Assembly (NCBI GenBank): GCA_013166775.1
Contig: JABLTJ010000007.1
Coordinates: forward strand, 32,001-96,000
DNA: 64,000 nt
Direction: 5' to 3'
Source of the DNA: Promethearchaeati archaeon
Lineage (GTDB): Archaea > Asgardarchaeota > Heimdallarchaeia > Heimdallarchaeales > Heimdallarchaeaceae
Position numbers and translations under genes: made by a program. The notes beneath the pieces were generated by a model. It saw only the letters and a program-made list of their open reading frames with translations. It did not search any database and had not been told where the DNA came from. Positions 21,001 to 29,999 of this stretch are shown here, piece after piece (position 1 is the stretch's first letter; each line of letters starts with the position of its first letter).

Positions 21001-23443
21001 GAGAGATTACGGAAACACAGATATTAACGGATTCTATAATTTTACATATCTTGGAGTAAGTTCATATGATATTTATGCATGGTATCCAGGTTTCTTCGAC
21101 CAGATGGAATCTGTCACTATAAATTGGGATGGTGAAGGAGTAGTAGTTAACTTCTTCCTTGAACCTGTTACCTATGGAGATAGTTTCATTGAAGTCTATG
21201 TATATGATAGTATAACCTTTGATCCAATTCCAGACGCTTATGTCTACACTTATGATGAGTATTGGAATTACATAGGCTGGGGATACACTGATTTTGACGG
21301 ATTCTACAACATCACGAATCTAGGTGTTGGTGGATACTATGTGGAAGTCTATGCATATGATTACTACTGGCAAACTCAATATGCTGTAATTGATTTTGAT
21401 GGAGAAGCTGAATATCTGTACTTCTATTTAGATCCAGAATCAGCTCCAGGAGAAGGATTCATAGAAGTCTATGTTTACGATGATATAACCTATGACCCAA
21501 TCGAATATGCATTTGTTGATGTGTATGATGATTATTGGAATTATATCGACTCAGGAATGACTGATTTTAATGGATTTTACAATGTTACAGGTTTAGGTGT
21601 AAATGGATACCATGTAGAAGTCTATGCAGAAGGATACGATTGGCAATCTCAATATACTACAATTGATTATGATGGAGAAGCAGAATACATGTACTTCTAT
21701 TTATATCAAGAATCAGTTTATCATGAAATTTTCTTATATAACCCAGACGAAGGAGAAACAATAGAAGGTGGAAGCGTTGAAGTCTATTATTATTCAGAGG
21801 ATATTTACGAACTCTATGTTCTAGAAATCTATGTAAACGGAGAATTCATCAGTTACATATATAATGATCCTTACATTCCTCTTTTGATTGTACCTATTTT
21901 CCAAGAAGGAGTGAATACTATAGAACTAGTTGGATATTTCTATGATGGAGGAATTGCTTCTGTTTCAGTATCAATCAATTCCATTAATGTAGTACCTATA
22001 ATAAATGTAGATGTTGGAGATTACTTGTTTATGCAAGTAGATCAATTTAATGCTCCAAAATACCATTACTTCTTCTTCACATTTGATGAATGGGTTTCTA
22101 CATACGAAATAAATGCATCTGTGATTGTCGAAAGATATGAAAATGATGTACTCTATGAATATTCAGAATTTTGGCTTGTAATAAATATTCTAAACGGATA
22201 TATACCTGAAGCAAACATGTGGTGGTTAAATCAGAAATTTATCTTCTTTACCGCAATTGACAGCCCTTCAAATACTGGAGAGTATGCTGACTATGGGGAT
22301 TGGTTCTCTTTCTGGTATTGGAATGATTTGTTTATTATACATGAAACAACATATTGGGGCGACAATGAAGTTTGGATGGCAAATAACACTTATGGTGATT
22401 TTGCATACATAGATAAGAATTCAGCACTTCTGCTCTATTATGAATCACCTGATTACTATTCGATGTATATCTTAGATACTAATATTCTCCAACCACCTGA
22501 TACAGAACCCCCAATCGTAGTTGATACTCCAGACTTATTCATGGAATATGGATCAGTTGATAACTACATTGAATGGGTAGCAACAGATGCATTACCTGAT
22601 TACTACATAATTGTTAAAGATGGAGAATTCATTGATGAGGGTACTTGGTTATCCAATGTTCAAGTGATAATCTGTATTGACGGTTTAGAAATAGGAACTT
22701 ATGAATATATCATAATTTTCGTAGACTTAGCTGGTAACTATGCTTGGGATACAGTAATGGTAACTGTAGTTGATTCAACAGCACCAGAAATTTTAGGACC
22801 ATATGACATAACATACGAAGGAGGAACAACAGGCCATCAACTAGTTTGGATGGCATCCGATTTCCATCCTTATGGTTTCACAATCTTTTTGGATGGAGTG
22901 GAACTGATTAATGGATCTTGGATTAATGATTTTCCCATATTCCTAAACATTGATGAATTAGATCCTGGTGTTTATGAATATTCAATATCATTTGTAGACT
23001 TATACGGAAATGAAATGACAGATTCTGTAATCGTAACTGTAGTAGATACAATTGCTCCTATTATTCCTTATCCACCAGAAGATATAATCCTAAAGCCAGG
23101 AAAAGGAGATGCAAAAGATGGCTTTGAGATAACTTGGATTGCGTTAGACAGTTTTGCATCTCATTACGAATTGTACTTAAACAATGAATTAATCTCTACT
23201 GGTGGATGGCAGTCTGGTATTCCAATTTACATATATATGGTAATCTTCATCCCAGGTGAATACGAGTTTGTACTAAACCTTTATGACTACTCAGGAAACA
23301 TGATAGCTGATAGTGTTTTAGTAACAATCAGTAGAGTTGGAAGAGTTGATGGATTCGCTTCATACTTATCATTCTTCTCACTTATCGGATTAGCAGTAAT
23401 ATTCAACCTAGTAAAGAAACGAAGAAAGAAAATTACAAAATAA
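18029..23443 (+). CDS. Large secreted, C-terminally anchored S8 (subtilisin/thermitase-like) serine protease with CARDB-like, CnaB/carboxypeptidase-regulatory-like and Ig-like repeats
   Basis: Signal peptide; catalytic triad IIDSG / HGTHCAG / GTSMATPHV; repeated beta-sandwich units; TM plus KKRRKK tail. Confidence 0.92.
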   Translation: MKVKMKNKLTKKIYFICLVSLLLISSTGTVFCTTTTSSYDFTNITKPNSQTENFLEDFQLTDKPSSAINDYNSPWTNDSTGFEHSDIENNPNTRPNPFNNPFFEDEDEIIAFGSLSDEYLFSGFNPEALVKKISGNKIEFIIALQQDTDPSILYEYLSSFNIDISEYLPGINVLLANVPVNLAFNPTSNLINDITNKPFVKYVEPNYYCTSAYIPNDPSWDLQWGSQLIGMESAWDFQLGSTDVKVAIIDSGIDYTHPDLVANYLPIGYDWINDDSDPMDDHGHGTHCAGVVAASIGNALGIAGIANVSFFAEKFLGSDNYGSYVDAANAIIHATDMGADILSNSWGGYGYSDVLADAVEYALSNDVIFTAAAMNDATSIAPYPASLPGVIAVSATNPSDTLASFSNYGDWIDIAAPGVGIYSTYPGNSYVSWDGTSMATPHVSGLAALLLSQYPSYTSDQIEQLIMNTAVDLGDPGFDISFGWGRIDASTAIFGFQDHDLRAILHASSIVPVDLPTLIIGQCQNLGLETEYDVPINLFLDGILVNSTIIPVINSREIFEITHEFYPSEEKVYSASIEIDVVPGEINIANNIMEKGINAVHKQITPEIGDKMGYNGFGYEYSDISPFYLNFEIVGILSDTEYEILMTYFDYESKSEYSDYYILNPYTREFVGNWDAFPYWINATKLSIGSYVDIFTYGGQEGQVIDETIVDYYGTPINAWVVQWIYDDFYDTLIYSKGDGILLDVTIPDYGSYFNIVYTNIEFATWNVHNLKGVIAPVTAILNTPTTVEVLLHNTGNFDEYLNATLNINGLTYEVENYYLIPDGYVYLYFDWTPMVEGDYTITLEVDPTYDEYYLDDNFDEMIVEIVDISDLGFISVYVYDDNTMLPLDSAEVYVFDSDWEMVDYGFTDIDGFYNVTGLYVDEYYIEIYREGYSYAAQYVQIDYIGEGEYVYFYLIGYSVGYSYIEVYVYNSLTYEPMVDVYLDLYEFGDWRDYGNTDINGFYNFTYLGVSSYDIYAWYPGFFDQMESVTINWDGEGVVVNFFLEPVTYGDSFIEVYVYDSITFDPIPDAYVYTYDEYWNYIGWGYTDFDGFYNITNLGVGGYYVEVYAYDYYWQTQYAVIDFDGEAEYLYFYLDPESAPGEGFIEVYVYDDITYDPIEYAFVDVYDDYWNYIDSGMTDFNGFYNVTGLGVNGYHVEVYAEGYDWQSQYTTIDYDGEAEYMYFYLYQESVYHEIFLYNPDEGETIEGGSVEVYYYSEDIYELYVLEIYVNGEFISYIYNDPYIPLLIVPIFQEGVNTIELVGYFYDGGIASVSVSINSINVVPIINVDVGDYLFMQVDQFNAPKYHYFFFTFDEWVSTYEINASVIVERYENDVLYEYSEFWLVINILNGYIPEANMWWLNQKFIFFTAIDSPSNTGEYADYGDWFSFWYWNDLFIIHETTYWGDNEVWMANNTYGDFAYIDKNSALLLYYESPDYYSMYILDTNILQPPDTEPPIVVDTPDLFMEYGSVDNYIEWVATDALPDYYIIVKDGEFIDEGTWLSNVQVIICIDGLEIGTYEYIIIFVDLAGNYAWDTVMVTVVDSTAPEILGPYDITYEGGTTGHQLVWMASDFHPYGFTIFLDGVELINGSWINDFPIFLNIDELDPGVYEYSISFVDLYGNEMTDSVIVTVVDTIAPIIPYPPEDIILKPGKGDAKDGFEITWIALDSFASHYELYLNNELISTGGWQSGIPIYIYMVIFIPGEYEFVLNLYDYSGNMIADSVLVTISRVGRVDGFASYLSFFSLIGLAVIFNLVKKRRKKITK
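20645..21705 (+). repeat. Four tandem ~270-bp (~90 aa) coding repeats within the S8 protease
   Basis: Units start near 20645, 20915, 21182 and 21455 with (F/Y)I(E/S)VYVY(D/N)...G(F/N/Y/M)TD(I/F)(D/N)GFYN..GE(G/A). Confidence 0.85.
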
Positions 23444-23473
23444 TTCTCTTTTTTTCTTTTTTTTATTTATTTT
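23444..23473 (+). terminator. Oligo-T archaeal-type terminator
   Basis: ttctcttttttttcttttttttatttatttt directly after the stop codon. Confidence 0.55.
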
Positions 23474-23518
23474 AGCATACAAATAAATAAGATAAATTAT
23501 AACTCTACTTGATAGATT

Positions 23519-24463
23519 ATGGTTAAAATTGTCAATCTTGAAGAAATAAAGAATATTTTGCAAATGATCAATCCCATCGAGATAATAGAAGAAGGATTTA
23601 TAGCTTATTCTAAAGGAAAAGTTACTGTCCCACCTGTTGGTGAAATGGTTTTTGATGACCCTCCTGGTGAGTGTCATATCAAATACGGTTTCATTAAAGA
23701 TGACGATTATTTTGTTATCAAAGTAGCCACAGGTTTCTATGAAAACCATAAAATCAATCTTCCTGCTTTTGATGGTTTGATGCTTCTATTTAGTCAGAAG
23801 ACTGGTCAACTACTTAGTGTTCTCTTAGACAATGGTCATCTAACTAATATTCGAACAGCTTCCGCTGGTGCTATTGCAGCTAAATACATGGCACCAAAGA
23901 ATGTAAGAAGAATCGGTGTGTTTGGAGCTGGTACTCATGGGAGATTGCAGCCTATTTACTTGCAGAAAGTTCTCAACTGTAAAGATATAATCACATGGGG
24001 TATCAATCAAGAAGAACTAGAAGTTTATAAGAAGGATATGAAAGAGTTAGGTTTCAATGTACAAACGACTCAAGAACCTGAAGATATCACATCAACTTGT
24101 AATCTAATTGTAACTTGCACTCCTTCAAAAGAACCTTTGATTTTTGTTGATCAAATAAAAGAAGGAACTCATATCACTGCTTTGGGTTCAGATACTCCCG
24201 AAAAACAAGAAATTGATTCAGCTATTTTGAAAAAAGCTGATAGATTAATTGTAGATAGTGTTGAACAATGTTTACTAAGAGGAGAGAGTTTCAAAGCTTT
24301 GCAGAATAAGATGATCAAGAAGGAAAAAATGATTGAATTAGGGGATATGATAATCAATAAAGATCTACAAAGACAAACTGATGATGAGATAACTGTTGTT
24401 GACTTAACAGGAGTAGCTGTTCAAGATATCCAAATTTCGAAAGCGATATGGGAAGCTCCTTAA
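23519..24463 (+). CDS. Ornithine cyclodeaminase / mu-crystallin family protein
   Basis: LTNIRTASAGAIA, GVFGAG, HITALGSD, DLTGVAVQD. Confidence 0.92.
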   Translation: MVKIVNLEEIKNILQMINPIEIIEEGFIAYSKGKVTVPPVGEMVFDDPPGECHIKYGFIKDDDYFVIKVATGFYENHKINLPAFDGLMLLFSQKTGQLLSVLLDNGHLTNIRTASAGAIAAKYMAPKNVRRIGVFGAGTHGRLQPIYLQKVLNCKDIITWGINQEELEVYKKDMKELGFNVQTTQEPEDITSTCNLIVTCTPSKEPLIFVDQIKEGTHITALGSDTPEKQEIDSAILKKADRLIVDSVEQCLLRGESFKALQNKMIKKEKMIELGDMIINKDLQRQTDDEITVVDLTGVAVQDIQISKAIWEAP

Positions 24464-24591
24464 TCAAAAAAACAGATAGTAACTTATTCAATAGATATAT
24501 AGAACTGTCTCATTATAGTATCATTTTCATTTGCTAGTAAATATTATATATTTCAAGTAAATAACTAGTTACTACATAAGTAAGTGAGTTT

Positions 24592-25865
24592 ATAACACCA
24601 CACAAAATAAAAAAACTAAATTCAATTATAAGAGTAACTATTTTTTCTATACTCCTTATTCTATTTTGTAGCAATTCTATGCTAAGTTTTGCACAAGATG
24701 AAAATTACACACCTGAAGATTTATTCAACGAAGTATTTGAGGATAAAATACTTGAAAAATGGAAATAGCAAAAGTTCCTTCAAGTACTATAGGGATAATT
24801 CATGAAGATGAAATAGTCTATATGAATTCTCTAGGAGAACAAACCCATATTAATACTTCATATCACATGGGCTCGCTTCCCAAAAGTATCTGTGCAACAG
24901 CTATTCTCCAGCTTTATGAGGATAATTTGCTTGATATCTATAATCCTATCAACGATTATTTACCTTTCAAGATAGAAAATTGGAAATCACCAGATGTTAA
25001 CATTACAATTTATCATTTATTAATCCACAAATCTGGAATACAAATCACAGATGAATATAATTCGAATCTCTTCTTGTTTAAGAACATCTCATTTCCTGAC
25101 TACTTATACGAATTTTTGCATATTAATGGATCTAAGTATTCTCAAGAGATATTTCATGCAGGAGTAGGAACCCTCTATGAATATTGCAACGTTAACTATA
25201 ATTTGCTAGCCTATTTGGTTCAGATAATTTCTGGTAAACCTTATGAAGATTATCTGCGAGATAACATTTTCAAACTCTTCGGAGTTGACAATTCACGCTT
25301 TAATCATACTGATTATCCAGACGAGATGCTAGCTAAAGTATATTATTTAGATTCTTCTGAAAATTTAGTTGAAGCAGAAAAGTATACAGATCTCAATTAT
25401 GGTGCTGGTTCTCTAATATCAGCTGTAATCGATATAACACATTTTATGGGCGCTCATATGAATGAAGGTATATTTAACGGAGTTAGATTACTTAACGAAA
25501 CTACTGTAGAACTTATGCATTCTAGTCATGCAGATGATTATGGTTTGGGATGGTTCTTAGAGAGACCTGATTTAATTGCTGAACCTAGAATAGAAGGATT
25601 TGGAGGACTTGGTTATGGAGCTAGATCATATATGCAGTTCAATGCAAATCAGAGAGTTGGTGTTGTTCTTTTAACAAATATGTTTGATCAGAGGTATAAT
25701 GATGAAAACAATGAAATCTTCAGATATATTTTCAAAAAGGCTCTCAAACTAAACGAGATAAATACTGAAGAAACAAATTCACTATCAGCAACTCTTGCTA
25801 TCTTAACAATGTTAACATTAGTATATTTTCTAAGAAGAAGAAGAAGAAGAAGAAAGAAACTTTAA
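24592..25865 (+). pseudogene. Secreted serine hydrolase (beta-lactamase class C/PBP-like) with C-terminal anchor; frameshifted near the 5' end
   Basis: SxxK (SLPK) and YxN (YCN) in 24759-25865; the signal peptide IRVTIFSILLILFCSNSMLSFAQ lies in another frame, joined at the A5 run 24755-24759. Confidence 0.7.
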
Positions 25866-25923
25866 TTCTTTCCTTTTTTTTGCCTTCGTAGTCACTTTTT
25901 TAATTATCGAAGGTATACTCAGC

Positions 25924-26205
25924 TTGTTTCATATGCTTTCAGATGATATGACCTGTCCAAAATGCTTTACAAGTGAAATTACAATTCTTGAGAAAAAAGA
26001 AACTTTTCATCTTGATCAAGGAGTTTTGTACAAAATTGTCCACGTTACACTTGTATGTAAAAAAGGATGCTGGCATAATTGGCTTGAGTATTATAGAATC
26101 AAATTAAAAGATTTCAAAGAAGAAGAGAGGATAACAAGATTGCCTATTTTTGAAGAAGAAATAATTAGTCCAAGAGAAGTTTCATTCCAAGAAAGAGAAG
26201 AATAA
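25924..26205 (+). CDS. Small Cys-rich (zinc-ribbon-like) protein
   Basis: CPKC ... CKKGC. Confidence 0.55.
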   Translation: MFHMLSDDMTCPKCFTSEITILEKKETFHLDQGVLYKIVHVTLVCKKGCWHNWLEYYRIKLKDFKEEERITRLPIFEEEIISPREVSFQEREE

Positions 26206-26210
26206 AGGAT

Positions 26211-27404
26211 TTAACTTACTTCGGTTTTTATTGCTTTGTAAATCCAGTTCATTATTTCTTCTAGTATTGTTCTTGGACACGCAACATTCAGTCTTTCAAA
26301 ACCTTCTCCACCTAAACCGAACATAGCTCCATTATCTAGAGCTACCTTAGCTTTCTTCAACAAGAATTCTTTTCTATCTTCATCATTCATTCCTAAAGAG
26401 CTGAAATCTAACCAAGCAAGATATGTTCCTTCTGGTGTAACCATATCAACATCAGGCAAATTCTCTTCTAGAAAATTCTTCACATATCTGAAATTATCTA
26501 GAATATAATTCATTACTTGATCCAACCATTCATCTCCTTCACTATAAGCTGCCATCAAAGCAACTATTCCAAAAGCATTAGGAATCATCATACTATTTTT
26601 ACCGACAATACTATACTGAAATTCTTCTCTCATCTTCTCATTAGAAATTACTACATTTGATATCTGTAGACCAGCCATATTGAAGGTTTTACTTGGAGCT
26701 GAGCAAATAACAGAATTATCCATATATTCTTCTCCAAGAGTTGAGAATACTGTGTGTCTATATCCAGAGAGAATTAGATCATGGTGAATTTCATCAGAAA
26801 CAACTAGTACTTCATTTTCTAAACAAATGTCTCCAAGTTTTTTGAGTTCTGCTTCAGCCCAAACTCTACCCACAGGATTATGAGGACTACAAAGAACGAA
26901 CATCTTCGTTCTAGGATCTTTAGCTTGCTCCTCAAATTTCTCAAAATCAAAAGTGTACTTTTTGTTTTCATACTTTAATTGATTATTCAACATTTGTCTT
27001 CCATTATTCTGAACAGCAGAGAAGAAAGGATAGTATACTGGAGATTGAATAATGATTTTGTCACCAGGATTAGTAAAGGTTCTAATCATTACATTAACTG
27101 CTGGCATAACTCCAGGACTAAAGATAATCCAATCTTTGTCAATATCCCAATTGTGTCTTCTTTTCATCCAACCAATTATTGAATCATAAAACTCTGGTGT
27201 ACCGTGCCAACTATAACCATAAATCTGTTCTGCAGCTTTTTTCTTAACAGCTTCTATAACAGGTTCAGGACATTGGAAATCCATATCAGCAACCCATGCA
27301 GGTAGAACATCTTCTGTACCAAAGAACTCTTTCAGCACATGCTTATCCCATTTAACTGAATGAGTATTAGTTCTATCAATTACTCTATCAAAATCATATT
27401 TCAT
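26211..27404 (-). CDS. patB: MalY/PatB family PLP-dependent C-S lyase (cystathionine beta-lyase)
   Basis: WVADMDF, CSPHNPVGRVW, SDEIH, APSKTFN, RLNVACPR. Confidence 0.93.
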   Translation of the reverse strand: MKYDFDRVIDRTNTHSVKWDKHVLKEFFGTEDVLPAWVADMDFQCPEPVIEAVKKKAAEQIYGYSWHGTPEFYDSIIGWMKRRHNWDIDKDWIIFSPGVMPAVNVMIRTFTNPGDKIIIQSPVYYPFFSAVQNNGRQMLNNQLKYENKKYTFDFEKFEEQAKDPRTKMFVLCSPHNPVGRVWAEAELKKLGDICLENEVLVVSDEIHHDLILSGYRHTVFSTLGEEYMDNSVICSAPSKTFNMAGLQISNVVISNEKMREEFQYSIVGKNSMMIPNAFGIVALMAAYSEGDEWLDQVMNYILDNFRYVKNFLEENLPDVDMVTPEGTYLAWLDFSSLGMNDEDRKEFLLKKAKVALDNGAMFGLGGEGFERLNVACPRTILEEIMNWIYKAIKTEVS

Positions 27405-27631
27405 TTATTTTCAATTTAGAATATCTGAACTATTTTTAAAGATATAGAATTAATGAAACATAATAAAATAATGTTCGAAAGAAAAAGAGAAAAACTTAGA
27501 TGTATTCTTTCATTTTTCTCTTTTCTCATTTTTTGCTATCTTAAAGTAAACTGAAAAATATGCAAATCACATTTTTATTCTCTATGAAATAAACTTAATA
27601 AGAGATTACATTATTGTTTTTGAGATAGAAA

Positions 27632-28618
27632 ATGAAGAAAAGAGTGGGGCTACCACGAGCTTTGCTTTATTATAAATTTGAAGCGATGTGGAAAACGTTT
27701 TTTGAGGAACTTGGGGCTGAGGTTATTATTTCTCCAAAAACAAATAAAATAATCAAAGATTTAGCAGTTAGATATGCTCCTGATGAAGATTGTTATTCCA
27801 CAAAATTATATTTTGGACATGCTATTTATCTTAAAGATAAAGTAGATTACTTCTTCATACCAAGATTTGGTAGTGATCATGAAGTTAATGTTGGATGTCC
27901 TAAATTCATTGCTCTTGCCGAGGTTTTGGATTCTCTCTTTCCTGATTTTCCTGAGATTATAATGCCTTATTTTTCACAAGCTAAAGCAAACCATGGTAAG
28001 AGAAGAATTCTTAGAATTATATTCGATATTGGTTTCAAATTCACTTACAATCCTCTAAAAATTCTTAAAGCTGGAATTAGAGCTTTTAAAGCTCAAAGAG
28101 AGTCTGAAGCAAAATTACATATTTCTGAACAACAGTTAGAAACATGGATAGAATCTCAGATTTTTCTCAATGAAAAACCAAATTTAGAAATGAGAAACAA
28201 ACCATTGAAAATTGCTTTAGTTGGTCATTCTTATGTGTTAAATGATAACCTGGCTAATCAAGATATCAGAAGAAGATTATCACAAAAGGGTGTAGATATT
28301 ATAACATCTCTTCAGATGCCTAGATGTACAATTGAAGATCAGATGGAAAAACTTAATTTTAATTTATACTTCCAATATGAAAGAGAGATTCTTGGAACAG
28401 TTATGTATTTTCTAGAAAACAATACAATAGATGGAATATTGCAATTAGCTATTTTTAGTTGCGGACCAGATTCAATTATTTTAGAACTAGCTTCGAGATA
28501 CTCAAGAAGACAGCCTGAGACTCCATTATTACAACTAGTCATAGATGAACTCACATCCGAAGGAGGATTTATAACACGAATAGAAGCATTTCTTGATATG
28601 ATTGACAGGAGGAATTAA
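27632..28618 (+). CDS. Acyl-CoA dehydratase activase-related protein (DUF2229-type)
   Basis: VGLPRALLYY, CPKF, FSCGPDS, TRIEAFLDMI. Confidence 0.85.
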   Translation: MKKRVGLPRALLYYKFEAMWKTFFEELGAEVIISPKTNKIIKDLAVRYAPDEDCYSTKLYFGHAIYLKDKVDYFFIPRFGSDHEVNVGCPKFIALAEVLDSLFPDFPEIIMPYFSQAKANHGKRRILRIIFDIGFKFTYNPLKILKAGIRAFKAQRESEAKLHISEQQLETWIESQIFLNEKPNLEMRNKPLKIALVGHSYVLNDNLANQDIRRRLSQKGVDIITSLQMPRCTIEDQMEKLNFNLYFQYEREILGTVMYFLENNTIDGILQLAIFSCGPDSIILELASRYSRRQPETPLLQLVIDELTSEGGFITRIEAFLDMIDRRN

Positions 28619-29717
28619 ATTACCTATTACTTATCCACACTTTGGATCTTTAACATATGTTTTCGAAATAATCCTTAGAGAACTTGGAAGAACAGATATT
28701 ATGCTTCCAAAAAAACCTAGCAAGAAAACTTCTGAACTTGGATCACGATATTCACCCGAATTCGTTTGCACACCCTTCAAGTTAACTCTTGGAACTTTTA
28801 TAGAGATGCTAAATCTGGGTGCCGATGAGCTCGGAATAGGTGGAGGGAATATGTATTGTCGCTTTGGTCTTTATTGGCCTGTTCAAGAACTCATTTTAGA
28901 AGATTTAGGTTTTGAGTTCAAATTTATTCCTATTCCTATTTATGATAAACCACTTGGTCTTGTTAGATCATTACAAGCTGAAAGCAACAATTGTACTGTT
29001 TGGGAAACAATTAAAGCTTTTAGAACCACATGGATTAAAACCAGATATATTGAGTTGGTCGACGAGCTACATTTCAAATATAGAACTTTAGAACTTGAAA
29101 AGAATCAAGCGGACAGACTCGCAGAAGAAACTCACAGAAAGATTGTAGAAATAAAAGGTTTGAGAAATTTAAGGGAATATGGTAAAAAACTTCCAGAACT
29201 GTTCGATAAAACAATTGAGATTGATAAGAAAAAAGAGAAAGAAGCCCTTAAGATTGGTGTGTGTGGAGAGATTTATGTAGCTCTAGAACCTGCTTTAAAT
29301 CTTGATATTCACAGGAAATTGAATGATTTGGGAGTAATTACTAAAAACTGTGTTTCTTTTGGAATGCTTATCGATTTTGGACGAAAAATCAATCCATTTA
29401 AAACCTTACCCTATCAAAAAGCTAGAAAAGTAGCTAAACCATATATAGGACAAAGATGCGGAGGAGAAGCTCAAGAAAATATAGGTGATATAATTCTTTA
29501 TAAGAAGAAGAGGTGGGATGGATTGGTTCACCTATACCCCTTTACTTGTATGCCTGAAATAATTACTCGAAGTATAGCTCCTCAAGTTAGTAGGGAGTAT
29601 GAATTGCCTTTCTTATCGCTAGTTATCGATGAACATACAGCAGAGGCAGGATATCAAACAAGATTGGAAGCTTTTGTTGATTTATTAAATAGAAAAAGGG
29701 AGAAAATGGTAGTCTAA
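28602..29717 (+). CDS. 2-hydroxyacyl-CoA dehydratase / CoA protein activase family protein
   Basis: PEFVCTPFKLTLG, CRFGLY, PFTCMPE, TRLEAFVDLL. Confidence 0.85.
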   Translation: MTGGIKLPITYPHFGSLTYVFEIILRELGRTDIMLPKKPSKKTSELGSRYSPEFVCTPFKLTLGTFIEMLNLGADELGIGGGNMYCRFGLYWPVQELILEDLGFEFKFIPIPIYDKPLGLVRSLQAESNNCTVWETIKAFRTTWIKTRYIELVDELHFKYRTLELEKNQADRLAEETHRKIVEIKGLRNLREYGKKLPELFDKTIEIDKKKEKEALKIGVCGEIYVALEPALNLDIHRKLNDLGVITKNCVSFGMLIDFGRKINPFKTLPYQKARKVAKPYIGQRCGGEAQENIGDIILYKKKRWDGLVHLYPFTCMPEIITRSIAPQVSREYELPFLSLVIDEHTAEAGYQTRLEAFVDLLNRKREKMVV

Positions 29718-29749
29718 TAAAACTTTGAATTGAGTTATTTGAAAGGTGA

Positions 29750-29850
29750 GAAAAATACTTTCTTGGAGTATTTTTGGTTCTATTAGGATAAAAACTGCAC
29801 TAATAATTCAACAGTATAAAGAGGAAGAACACTTGATTAAATATAAATTC
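29750..29850 (+). pseudogene. Possible remnant of the N-terminus of an acyl-CoA dehydratase activase ATPase (HgdC/BadF-like)
   Basis: EKYFLGV, then in a shifted frame FGSIRIKTALII; resembles YxLGIDxGSxSTKxVLI at the expected operon position. Confidence 0.4.
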
Positions 29851-29999
29851 TTTCAGTACGTGTTTATCCCATTTGACTGAATGTATATCAGTTCTATCTA
29901 TAAAGCTATCAATATCGTATTGTTTAGCTTATTATACAAATAATGAGATGCTTTTTTTAACGTTCTCTGGAAAAGTTATTCCAATAATTTTTTATTAAT

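Noticed and set aside
20645-21705. Tyr-rich repeats as a diversity-generating retroelement target or a CRISPR-like array
   Set aside because: The repeats are in-frame protein domains with mixed substitutions; no reverse transcriptase, no template/variable repeat pair differing only at adenines, and no spacer structure was seen
25833-25858. (AGA)n microsatellite
   Set aside because: It simply encodes the Arg-rich tail of the C-terminal anchor
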